Below are positions 1-11,865 of a stretch of 64,000 bases of DNA, in pieces (position 1 is the first letter of the stretch; each line of letters opens with the position of its first letter). The notes below the pieces were generated by a model, which was not told where the DNA came from, made no database searches, and saw only the letters and a list, made by a program, of their open reading frames with translations. This DNA comes from Octopus sinensis (lineage: Eukaryota): NCBI RefSeq assembly GCF_006345805.1, contig NC_043019.1, positions 3,162,001 to 3,226,000 on the forward strand, read 5' to 3'. Position numbers and translations under genes: made by a program.

Positions 1-3
1 AAA

Positions 4-37
<34 letters not shown>

Positions 38-126
38 TAATAATAAAATATAATAATAATGATATGGAAAGCAATATGGAAACCACTCGGCGAGAAGCGG
101 AAGAAAATTTGAAGAAAGAAGGAAAA

Positions 127-180
<54 letters not shown>
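1..180 (+). repeat. (AAT)n microsatellite with a short non-repetitive interruption
   Basis: AAT runs at about 1-60 and 130-180. Confidence 0.95.
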
Positions 181-435
181 TTTCTTTGTGGAATGATAAA
201 AAAAACATGCAGACGAATGCATATCCACAACACCAAGAGTTGCAAATATGCATAACGCATAGAAAATAGCACTGCTAGGTAATGCACTGTTCATCTGTTT
301 AGGTAGGGTACTGTCAATACAATGAAAATAAGAAAATTAAAATGAAACACTTGCACGTACCGAAGGCACGTAGAGAACTGCGCTCGGTAGTGCGTTGAAA
401 GCACGAAACGTAAATATGACTACGGAATAATAATG
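181..435 (+). mobile_element. Decayed 3' end of an R4/Dong-type (RLE) non-LTR retrotransposon
   Basis: Translates to GMIKKT...KIALLG...LGRVLSIQ*, then the tail GAACTGCGCTCGGTAGTG...GAAAGCACG shared with 4686-4860. Starts and ends at AAT repeats. Confidence 0.65.
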
Positions 436-607
436 ATTATGGGTTACGGTGAGAATAATTATTTTATAAGTGCTGATATAAGCAATGCTACGCGTGCCAT
501 ACAAGGAGATTACAAACGCGTGTAAACGTACATGCGTGTACATGTATCTAATCCTTTTTCTCTCTGTATATATATATATATATATATAATATATATATAT
601 ATATATA

Positions 608-950
608 ATGTGAAATAGAAAGATGAATATCTTGTAGTAGATTAATCAAAAGTTTAACCGATACCTTAGTAGCAAAAATCACAGCAGTAAACAGCACGGT
701 TGGAGGTACAACCATCTGGCGTTGCAACCGTGCGTTGGTGCGGATAATTGAAATTAAAACATTATTGGGAATTGAAGAAATGGAGCTGAACGCAGATTGA
801 ACAGAAATCGTTTATTTCATTCTACACGTGTTTCGAAAGGCACAAATCGATTTTGGTAATTTGTGCCTTTCGAAACACGTGTAGAATGAAAATAAAACGA
901 TTTCTGTTCAATCTGCGTTCAGCTCCATTTCTTCAATTCACCAATAATGT
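608..950. mobile_element. Fold-back Penelope-like LTR remnant between (TA)n tracts
   Basis: Inverted arms 759-847 and 859-950. The right arm contains CGAAAC-ACGT-GTA-GAATG, the 3' half of a minimal hammerhead. Confidence 0.6.
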
Positions 951-990
951 TATATATATATATATATATAATATATTATATATATTATAT

Positions 991-1216
991 ATTTCTTTTT
1001 GCCCACAAGGGGCTAAACATAGAGGGGACAAACAAGGACAGACAAAGGGATTAAGTCGATTACATCGACCCCAGTGCGAAACTGGTACTTTATCTATCGA
1101 CCCCGAAAGGATGAAAGGCAAAGTCGACCTCGGCGGAATTTGAACTCAGAACGTAACGACAGACGAAATACCGCAAAGCATTTCACCCGGCGCGCTAACG
1201 TTTCTGCCAGCTCGCC
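991..1216 (-). mobile_element. tRNA-derived SINE with Meta-like block (family M), full length
   Basis: Reverse complement has head GGCGAGCTGGCAGAAACGTTAG, central GCCTTTCATCCTTTCGGGGTCGATA and tail CCCCTTGTGGGCAAAAAGAAAT. Confidence 0.85.
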
Positions 1217-1269
1217 TTATATATATATAATTGTGCGCGCGCTTTTGTGTGTGTGTATGTGTGTGTGTG

Positions 1270-1320
<51 letters not shown>

Positions 1321-1536
1321 TATATGTATGTATATGTTTGCATGTGAGTGTATGAATATATGAATAATCGCAGGTGGAAAAGGGATGAAGCGAGGGGAAG
1401 AGAAAATGGAACTTGCCACCAAGGAAAATCGCACTCAAAGAAAAGAAAGGCCAGTAGCGCCTGCAGAGAGCTTCTTTAAATACAGTCGCTGCATGCGAGA
1501 CTGCCGATCCCGAGTGGTCCTGTATATCTGCAGCAG

Positions 1537-1890
1537 ATTCTTTGGGCAGCAGACTCGCGGTCGGAGAATCGCGGTTTCGATTCCCAGACAGGGCGTTGTG
1601 TGTGTTTATTGAGCGAAAAACACTTAAAGCTCCACGAGGCTCTGGCAGGGGGTGGTGGCGACCCCTGTTACACTCTTTCGCCCCAACTTTCTCAAACTCT
1701 TTCTTCCTGTTTCTTGTCCCCGACTTCCTACGCAACCGCTGAGCCTGGATGCGCATTCATCCATCCGTCGATGATGTCGGTGTCGGGGGTTGACCTGATT
1801 TTTTTCTGCGGGTCTTACGAATAGCAAAGGACAACGTTTCGGACTTCTCCCATCTTGCGAGCTCTGGGACGAAGACCGTTCGCTCAACAG
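1537..1890 (+). mobile_element. tRNA-derived SINE family S, tail type A
   Basis: B-box-like GGTTTCGATTCCC. Body and tail match 49234-49603 and end in CAA/CAG repeats. Confidence 0.85.
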
Positions 1891-2051
1891 CAAGTGCAAC
1901 AGCAACAGTAGCAGATGCTGCATCACCATCACTAACTGACACAAATTCTCCAGGCTCATACCCATGGTCTCATGACACCGATGGATGACTACCAGTACCA
2001 ATAGATAGTCAATACATCAAGCGTAATTGGTATTTTAAGCGTTATATAAAC

Positions 2052-2236
2052 ATTCCTTTCTACTATTGGCACACGGCCTGAAATTTTGGGGCTGGACTAA
2101 CTGTTACTTAATTTATCTACCCCGAAAGGATGAAATGCAAAGTCAACTTTGTGGAATTTGAACTCAGAACGTAAAGACGGATGAAATGCTGATGAGCATT
2201 TCCCCGGGTGCTAACGATTCTGTCAGTTTGCCGCCT
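2052..2236 (-). mobile_element. Older family M SINE copy
   Basis: Diverged CCCCGAAAGGATGAAATGCAAAGTC and GAACTCAGAACGTAAAG motifs. Confidence 0.7.
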
Positions 2237-2539
2237 TACGCTTTATATAAATATTATAGACGTGTTTCTTCAGCCGGACTGTCATTATTACATAACGCAA
2301 TTGGTTGTATTTCACAATTCCATCTATACACTTCCTCGGCACTTTGAATGCCAAGGAAGTGATTGGATGGATGGAATAGTCTGTCACCGCATGTAATAAT
2401 GACAATCTAGTTTATAATGCACCAGTATGATATTATATTACGTGATCGCTTGACAAACCAGACTATCGAATGTTGTTATATAACGCTGGTCACAATGCGC
2501 TTTGCATCGTTTTAGCTTTCGAATGATCCCACCCCGCTG

Positions 2540-2738
2540 GCTAGGTGAGTAGGCCAGCATTGCTCTTGATCGGAATGCTTCTCCAACGCAGCGTTACACA
2601 TTTACAGTTGAGTGGACCGGAACAATGTGAAATGAAGTGTTTTGCTTAAGGACACAACGCGCAACCGGTATGGGAATTGAAACCGCGATATCTCGATCAT
2701 GAGTGTAACATACTTAACAACTTAGCTACGCGCCTTCA
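2540..2738 (-). mobile_element. Diverged tRNA-derived SINE with CORE-like block
   Basis: GTGAAATGAAGTGTTTTGCTTAAGGACACAAC is a reverse-complement CORE-like block followed by a tRNA-like head. Confidence 0.6.
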
Positions 2739-2931
2739 TATCATTTTATTAAACTAAAAATGCCAATTGCGTTTTCTGTGTTTCATTATTAGTATGATGT
2801 GGCTCTTGTTTCATTCACCAGGCTTTTTGGAGACTTGAATTGTCGATTATCGTCAAAACGTAATGAAGTAGGATGTGGAATCAACTGCAGAGCCCAACCC
2901 GTTTTTGAAACATATCAACATCGAGTCTTAC

Positions 2932-2971
<40 letters not shown>

Positions 2972-3220
2972 ACACACACATGCATACGCACACGTGAGTG
3001 AGATGAGGTAGAAACGTAATCCCGTAGGCTAACTTACATTAAACGTTCAGGGAATAATCGAACAAGTATGATTCATTTACACAAGAGGAGAAGCAGATAC
3101 ATCTACCAAGGAAGAATAGTGTTTCCCACAGCTCATCACTTCTGGCTCTTTTTGTAAGCTATATTCTCTGAATTTGACACCACCGATATACCGCAGAGGT
3201 TCGTCCATTAGCTTAAAATA

Positions 3221-3641
3221 AATTTGGGATCTTTTCGGTTTGACCGGCAGTTTTTTAAAATGATTTCAACGTAACTAAACACTTTTAAACTTCGTATACT
3301 CGTAGAATGTGTTTATAAAACATCTTTTTCTATTGGCTTTATTGAGAAAATTCTATAGTTTGTAAGATATTTGTTGTTTATTTTCTTCAATTTCTGCAAT
3401 TTCAACCAATCAATGACGTCTATTGAGGTGAAAACTTTCTGTGCCGTATGAATATGTCCCTCGTTTAAAAAACCGATTGGGTTTATTTACATTTATGAAG
3501 AAAGAAAATACCCTTCCCCCACCCCTAACCCTAAAACAGATTGAAATGCAATAGATCGATACTAGGGTCATAATTATGGGTGACAATTTCATATGACACC
3601 GCTAGAAAAAACTGCCGTTCAAACCGAAAAGATCCTAAATT
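3221..3641. mobile_element. MITE with ~35 bp terminal inverted repeats
   Basis: AATTTGGGATCTTTTCGGTTTGACCGGCAGTTTTT (3221-3255) mirrors AAAAACTGCCGTTCAAACCGAAAAGATCCTAAATT (3606-3640). No coding capacity. Confidence 0.8.
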
Positions 3642-4532
3642 TGTTGTGTGGTTTTGAGGGACAGACTTCCTCTCTCATTTTTCTTTTCATCGCTCGGTAC
3701 AGATTTAGCGTTATCCTCCTTCATGTTACTAAGTATTTCTGTCAGATTCTCGCTGGCAGCTCACACAACCGTTAAATTCTTGTTCTCGAGAAGATATGGC
3801 TTCATGAAAATTTTCTCTTATTTTAGTAGCGTGTGAGTTCAGTTAAGTTTTATTTATATTTTACTTTACCCTTTTAACTGTTTCACACGTCTCTCCAGGG
3901 TTCATATTTTTTATTGCCGCAAGATGATACAATGAAACTGTTGCTCCGTTCCTCTGAAAAGCCCTATGCTGAAGGAGGTGGGCTCTTCAGCATGTCGGTG
4001 ATCAACGTCATCAGTTCACAGGCCTGGGGTTATTGAGGAAGAGGCGATTTATTTGCCTTTGGTTCGGCTCTGGCTATCATCGGGGCTACGGCCCATGAAC
4101 GATATAGAAGTAGAGCAATTCCTTGGACTTCACGTAAGGGCTTTCAGCCATTTTAAGCGTCATTTCCATTATTGCAATATTTTACAAGACTGCTATCGCA
4201 GATGTGACATAAAAGAGATGTTCGCGCCACTGGTTCTTGCACTACCATTGACAAACACGTTTCCCAGTGACTAATTAAGCATACAGACGGAAATTTGACT
4301 TCAGACAGAAACATAGGGTAAAAAGAGAAAAAATAAACAAGAAGAAACTCTGTTGGAAACATTAAGTGAAATAAAAAATATGAAATAACATTTTATGATC
4401 AATTGCTTACATTGTTGAAAAAAAGAAAGAGAATATCTAAGCAGTTAAATAGAAAAGATTAATAACAGAAAATTACCATTTTTTGTAGCTCTAACATAAA
4501 CGCCTGCTATAAAAATAATAATAACAATAATG

Positions 4533-4568
<36 letters not shown>

Positions 4569-4607
4569 TAATAATATAATAATATAATAATAATATAATA
4601 ATATATG

Positions 4608-4652
<45 letters not shown>

Positions 4653-4685
4653 TATAATAATAATATAATAAAATAGTAATAGTAA

Positions 4686-4860
4686 ATAAGTCGACATACA
4701 GAAAATTGCACTACTAGGCACTGCACACATCCTACGCAGAACACTTTCCATACAATAACCATCAGAGCATCACAACAAATCACAGCACATACCCAAGGCA
4801 CACAGAGCTGCGCTCGGTAGTGAAGTGAAAGCACGCTATAAAAATAAAACTACTGAATAG
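4686..4860 (+). mobile_element. Strongly 5'-truncated R4/Dong-type LINE 3' end in (AAT)n
   Basis: Encodes DIQKIALLGTAHILRRTLSIQ*, the RLE-clade C-terminal motif. Flanked on both sides by AAT microsatellite. Confidence 0.8.
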
Positions 4861-5039
4861 TAATAATAATAATAATAGTAATAATAATAGTAATAATAAT
4901 AGTAATAATAATAATAATAAAATAATATTAATAATAATAATAATAATAATAATAGTAATAATAATAGTAATAATAATAGTAATAATAATAATAATAATAA
5001 TATTAATAATAATAATAATGATAGAAAGAATATAAAATA

Positions 5040-5590
5040 CGTCATGACAACATAGCAAGGATTGTCCATTGGACACTTTGCTATAAGTATGGACTTGACA
5101 GTGCAAAAAAGGGGTATGAACATAAACCCGAATGCATCATCGAAAATGATAATGCAATGATCCTATGGGATTTTATGATTCAGTGCGACCTTGAGATAGA
5201 GAATAGGAAGCCAGACATAGTGTTAATTGAGAAAGAAAGCAAACGATGCTGGGTCAAAGATATAAGATGCCCAGCTGACCACAAGGTATACGATAAGGAA
5301 GAAAGAAAAGTCGATAGATATGACGGTTTAACTTGGAAGGTTAAGCAGTTGTGGTCGACGAAAAAGGTGTCGGAGCCCTGGGAACAGTGAGAAAAATCTG
5401 GAGAAGTACATGGAACAAATAGGGGCTGCAACAAGGTTGGAGCACTTGGAGAAGACAGCACTGCTTGGAACTGCTCGAATACTCCGGATGGTGCTCGAAA
5501 AATAAGAGGTGTTATCTTAGTTCACCGATAGTAAACAGCTGGCACTGTAGCGCATCTCCAGGGTTAGAAGTTGTGCAAAGACAATAAATA
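5040..5590 (+). mobile_element. R4/Dong-type LINE fragment, restriction-like endonuclease domain
   Basis: ORF 5157-5390 reads ILWDFMIQCDLEIENRKPDIVLIEKESKRCWVKDIRCP (PD..D RLE motif), then EKTALLGTARILRMVLE*. AAT repeats on both sides. Confidence 0.85.
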
Positions 5591-5607
5591 ATAGTAATAA
5601 TAATAAT

Positions 5608-5935
5608 CGGAGACCCCCTTCGGTCACGACACAGACCATGGGATTGCACCTAGAAAGTTACCCTCCTAGACACAAGTCTGGGCGAGCTTGTTTATGGAAG
5701 ACCAGCAGTCGCCCATGCATACCAGCCTCCCCTCTCCACGCCACCAGTGTTATCCAAGGGAAATACAAAGGTCGATACAGCTTGGCACCAGTGACGTCGC
5801 AACTCATTTCTACAGCTGAGTGAACTGGAGCAACGTGAAATAAAGTGCCTTGCTCAAGAACACAACACGCAGCTCGGTCCGGGATTCGAGCTCACAACCT
5901 CACGATCGTAAGCTCGACGCTCTAACCACTGAGCC

Positions 5936-5937
<2 letters not shown>
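5608..5937 (-). mobile_element. tRNA-derived CORE-like SINE
   Basis: Reverse-complement head ATGGCTCAGTGGTTAGAGCG...GCTCGAATCCCG and CORE-like TTCTTGAGCAAGGCACTTTATTTCAC. Confidence 0.8.
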
Positions 5938-6024
<87 letters not shown>

Positions 6025-7830
6025 AAGAAGAAGAAGAAGAAGAAGAAAAAGAAGGCAAAGTCGACCTCGGCGGAATTTCAACTCAGAACGTAGAGTCGAG
6101 CAAAATACCGCTAAGCATTCCGTCCAGCGTGCTAGCGATTCTGCTTGCTCGCCGCGTTAACAACAACAACAACAACACCAACAACAACTACTACTACAAC
6201 AGCTAGAGTAGTATTAAAGGCAGTCCATTGAAAGACATTTGTTAAATGAAATATTTGGAGAAGATTAGTTTTGTGATCAACAGGAAAGAGTTCGTCTCAA
6301 TAAACAATCGATTTAGCCATATGTCTGGTGACTTTCCATATCGATTATTCTAATGATGCAGTTACACAGTTATATTTCCAAAGAACTCTGCCGTCTTATG
6401 TGTAAGCGTATGCGAGTGGACGCGAGCACGGCTCTGTGTGTTGTATCAGATCTTGTGTGGTACGTCTGTTTCGCTGCACGGTTTTTGAGCTACCCCGCGA
6501 CCCTTGGCTTCCTTTTTAGTAAGATGGTAAGTCTATCACGCCACCCGTTTTGGCACCACCATCTGGTCCCTTTGTAGCCTTTAGCAGATTCGCTATTTTG
6601 CAAATGTTCAAAGCAAGCCATCGGTTTATTTTCCTTGTCCATGTTTTTCGTTTTCGCTCCAGGGAGGGATGTGATGTTCAGATGTGTGTGTGTGTGTATG
6701 TATGTGTGTGCGTGTGTGCGAGTGTGCGTGCGTGCATCTGTTGTGGCGAAAGAGCCAGCAGCAGTTCGCCATTACCTTCTGCGTGGAGATTAGGTATTTC
6801 GCTCATAAACACACACATCGCCCGGTCTGAGATTTGAACCCGCGATCCCTCGACCGCGAGTCCGCTGCTCTAACCACTAGGCCATGTGCCTCCGAACGGG
6901 CATTTTTACCACTCATTCTACTAATCCGTCTTATATTGAGCCGATATCTTGCACAGTATATCGATCCTATATTAAAGGATTGTGTGAGTATGAATTAGTA
7001 TTGGCCACAGTGTGTTGATATAATGCCGCTGTATCATTCATAAAATTGATATGGGGTATCAAAATGATATCCCAGAATAGGTCACTAGATCGATGAGATG
7101 TGACAAAACGATATTCTAGAATAGGCTACAAGATCGATAGCGATTGCATTCAATTTTTCACGCTCTACTCTCTCTCTCTCTCTCGCTCTCACTCTGTCCG
7201 GGGCGAAAACGTTTATTCCTTGATCGCTTATTTTGCTTGAGTGTAAATAGGTGCTATAGATTTTTCGTGACATTCAAAATACCTTTGAATCCATTTCAAT
7301 CATCTGTTCTTTGGTTCCGTTTTGGTGATATTTACCGCAGTGACGGTCAATATCATTATTATTGATAAGAACATTCCTGGTGGTATTTAGTAGTTTTCAG
7401 GTTTTAAGATGAATAGTTTGGGTGTCATCTAGCATCGAATTGCATGATCAAACGTCATTATGAATAATAGTACGGTACCTAATGAAAAACCTCCTCCTGA
7501 ACACGAAATCACAAACTCGCAGATCATGAAACGTACGGCAGAGAAACTAATGTACGATACAAGTTTCGATATAAACATAAAAGTTATAAACTTCATGACT
7601 CCAACTGTCACATCGGCCACACATGTACAACGCTCTTTAATCGGTTGGCCATGCATTTATATCAAGGTGCCATGGTAACAGATAATCCAGAACACAAAAT
7701 ATAATTAGATGCAAAAACAGTTTTTCAGTTTTCCATATTTAATTTTTTAATTTCTATGCATCGCATCTATAGTTGTGTGATGGTTTGTGTTTGAGATTTT
7801 AATGCTTGTATTTGTGTTTTGTAACAATAA

Positions 7831-8246
7831 GCGGGCGATCTGGCAGGATAGTTTCCACACCGAGCGAAATGTTCAGTGGTATTTCGTCGGTCTGGCGGCG
7901 AACTGGCAGAAACGTTAGCGCGCCGGGCTAAATGCTTAGCGGTATTTCGTCTGCCGCTACGTTCTGAGTTCAAATTCCGCCGAGGTCGACTTTGCCTTTC
8001 ATCCTTTCGGGGTTGATTAAATAAGTACCAGTTACGCACTGGGGTCGATGTCATCGACTTAATCCCTTTGTCTGTCCTTGTTTGTCCCCTCTATGTTTAG
8101 CTCCTTGTGGGTAGTAAAGAAATAGGTATTTCGTCGGTCTTTACGTTTAGAGATCAAATTCCACCGATGTTAACTTTGCTTTTCGTCCTTTCGGGGTCGA
8201 TAAAGTAAGTACCAGTTGAGAACTGGGGTTGATGTAATCGACTTAA
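7831..8246 (+). mobile_element. Young family M SINE (7894-8124) inserted into an older family M SINE
   Basis: 16 bp TSD GGTATTTCGTCGGTCT at 7878-7893 and 8125-8140. The older copy resumes after the TSD. Confidence 0.85.
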
Positions 8247-9009
8247 CTGATCTTGAGTATTAGTTTTAAAAATCCATCAAGCCAGTGTGGCAGAGTAAAC
8301 TCATTAAACCAGTGTGATCACATGCCACTTTCTGTTGGAGGAACATGCTGAGATCTTCGTCCTACGGTAGACTGGACATAGGCAATCTAGACCAATCCAA
8401 TCCAATCCAGTCCAATCCAAGCACGTGTAGACGTAATTGACATATTGCTTTATTTGACCCCTCTTTCTTGTCGATTAATTCTCATGCAGCTTTCATAATT
8501 TTAACGCCGTTGGCAGTTACAGATTGAGTGGTACCGCGCAGGTGTCAAAAACATAACGATATTCCTTGGGCAGCTGACGATGGGATGTGTATATTTCATG
8601 TACTTGTTTACTCTGAATTTGTCTTTACTCCGTACATATTTACTCTGAACTTTTCTATCTTGCGTTCTTGTGGTTCTGAGTTGTCCTTCATTGAAATGTT
8701 AGTCCTTGTAGGATTAAACTTAGTTCAAGAATCGAACCCACAACTATTATCATTATGAGTTAAACGTCCTAAATTTTAGGTCACGCGCCTTGAGACGCGC
8801 ATACACACATATAGAGATGTCTCTGTATATGCATATGTGTTGCACACATGTATATACGTCTGTATGTATGTACATATGTATGTACATATATGTGTGTGTT
8901 TGTGAGTGTGCATGTATGTATAAATGCATTTATATGTAAACATCAACATGTATATATGTTTGTATGTATGTGTATATGTATGTATGTATCTATGTATGTA
9001 TGTGTATAA

Positions 9010-9040
<31 letters not shown>

Positions 9041-9210
9041 AATATATGTATGTATAAATGTCTATACATGTAAGCATCAGCATGTACATTTGTTTGTATG
9101 TATGCACACACACACACACTCGCACACACACATATATGTATACATACACATATATGTATGTATATGTTTATATGTAAGCATCAACACGTACATTTGTTTG
9201 CATGCATATA

Positions 9211-9259
<49 letters not shown>

Positions 9260-9589
9260 GTATGTATATATGTATGTGTGTGTACTAATATACGTATGTG
9301 TGTGTGTGTATGCATGTGCGTGTATATGTCTGCATGCATGTATGTTTGTATGTATTACTTACTGTGTGGTTCCTAGCAAAGCATGGCTCTGTGCAAACAG
9401 AGAACAAATTAAAACCCTCTCCGTCAGTGGTGGTACAAATGTTTTGTAGGAAACGTTGCTTAGCAACAACGCCTTATTTACTTTGTTTTCGTTTGTTACT
9501 TCTGACTCAATGCAGATATATTTCCATTTAATTGAAGCTGGCATACGACCTTGTTTATAAGCAAAACCGCGCATTTAGTCACTTACTGT

Positions 9590-9642
9590 AAATGTATGTA
9601 GTTGTCTATGTATGTCTGTATGGCTGTATGTATGTATGTCTG

Positions 9643-9676
<34 letters not shown>

Positions 9677-11865
9677 TGTATGTATGTATGTATGTATGTA
9701 TGTATGTATGTATGTATATGTGTGTTTGTATGTATGTATGTATGTATGTATGTATGTGTGTTTATACGTATGTATGCGTGTATGTATGTATGTATGTATG
9801 TATGTAGTATGTATGTGTATGTATGGATGTATGTATGTATGTATATGTATGTATGTAGTATGTATGTATGTATGTATGATGTATGTATGTATGTATATGT
9901 GTGTATGTATGTGTGTTTATACGTATATATGCATGTATTATGTGTGTGTATGCATGTGCATATATGTATGTATTTATGTATGTATGTCTGTATGTCTGTA
10001 TGTCTGTATATATGTATGTATGTCTGTATGTATGTATGTATGTATGTGTGTACGTATATGTGTGTATGTATGTGTGTTTATACGTATGTATGCGTGTATT
10101 TATGTATGTATGTATGTATGTATGTATGTATGTATGTGTGTTTATACGTATGTATGCGTGTATTTATGTATGTATGTATGTATGTATGTATGTATGTATG
10201 TATGTGTGTATGTATGTATGTATGTATGTATGTATGTATGTATGTATGTATGTATGTATGTATATGTGTGTATGTATGTGTGTTTATACGTATATATGCA
10301 TGTATTATGTGTGTGTATGCATGTGCATATATGTATGTATTTATGTATGTATGTCTGTATGTCTGTATGTCTGTATATATGTATGTATGTCTGTATGTAT
10401 GTATGTATGTATGTGTGTACGTATATGTGTGTATGTATGTGTGTTATACGTATATATGCATGTATTATGTGTGTGTATGCATGTGCATATATGTATGTAT
10501 TTATGTATGTATGTCTGTATGTCTGTATGTCTGTATATATGTATGTAGTCTGTATGTATGTATGATGTATGTGTGTACGTATAGTGTGTATGTATGTGTG
10601 TTATACGTAGTATGCGTGTATTTATGTATGTATGTATGTATATGTAGTATGTGTGTTTATACGTATGTATGCGTGTTATTTATGTATGTATGTATGTATG
10701 GAGTATGTGTATGTATGTATGTGTGTATGTATATGTGTATGTATGTGTGTTTATACGTAATATGCATGTATTATGTGTGTGTATGCATGTGCATATATGT
10801 ATGTATTTATGTATGTATGTGTATGTCTGTATGTCTGTATTATGTATGATGTCGGTATGTATGTATGTATGTATGTGTGTACGTATGTGTGTATGTATGT
10901 GTGTTTATTACGTATGTATGCGTGTATTTATGTATGTATGTATGTATGTATGTATGTCTGTATGTATGTATGTATGTATGTATGTGTGTACGTATATGTG
11001 TGTATGTATGTATTTATGTATGTATATATGCATGTATTATGTGTGTGTGTATATGTGTGTATACATGTGCATACATGTATGTATTCATGTATGTATATGT
11101 GTGTATGTATATATATGTATTATCTATGTGCGTGTGTATGTATGTTGGTATATAAGTATGTATGTGTGTGTATGTATGTATGTCTGTGTGTATGCATGTA
11201 CGTGTGTCTATGTATGTATGAATTTATGTGTGTGCATGGTGTGCGTGTATATGTGTGTATGTATGTGTGTTTATACGTATGTATGCGTGCAGTTATGTAT
11301 GTATATATTCATGTATTATGTGTGTGTGTATATGTGTGTATGCCTGTGTATATATGTATGTATTCATGTATGTATGTGTGTGAATGTATATATGTATTAT
11401 CTATGTGCGTGTGTATGTATGTTGGTATATAAGTATGTATGTGTGTGTATGTATGTATGTATGTATGTATGTATGTATGTATGTATGTATGTATGTGTGT
11501 ATGCACGTATGTGTGTGTATGTATGTATGAATTTATGTGTGTGCATGGTGTGCGTGTCTGTGTGTGTGTCAAGTACTTATACACACACGTATATTTGTAT
11601 ATAAATGTATGTGGGGGAAAGTCTGAATGCGCGTATATACTCATCAGTCTTTCAGTACGTTGCTTTTTTATCTGTATGTAACTATTGACAGAAGTTATCT
11701 TCAAATACAAATGCACACATACAGTCACAGGCGTATTATATATATATAATATATGTATGTATATGTATGTGTATATGTATGTGTGTATGTATGTGTGTAT
11801 GTATGTATGTATGTATGTATGTATGTATGTATGTATGTTATGTATGTATGTATGTATGTATGTAT
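9590..11865 (+). repeat. Large compound (TATG)n microsatellite with higher-order blocks
   Basis: About 2.3 kb of TATG/TGTA. Recurring landmark GTGTTTATACGTAT and duplicated ~160-370 bp blocks. Confidence 0.95.

Noticed and set aside
4034-4036. In-frame TGA as selenocysteine
   Set aside because: No selenoprotein motif, no identifiable SECIS, and no evidence the frame is coding.
7460-7678. 72 aa ORF MNNSTVPNEK..., superficially like a GPCR N-terminus
   Set aside because: No transmembrane segment, only weak donor sites, and no recognisable homology.
9602-10849. 415 aa ORF and the other [12 protein letters not shown]/polyN/polyL ORFs
   Set aside because: Translations of TATG, TA, CA and AAT microsatellites that lack stop codons. 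No protein features.
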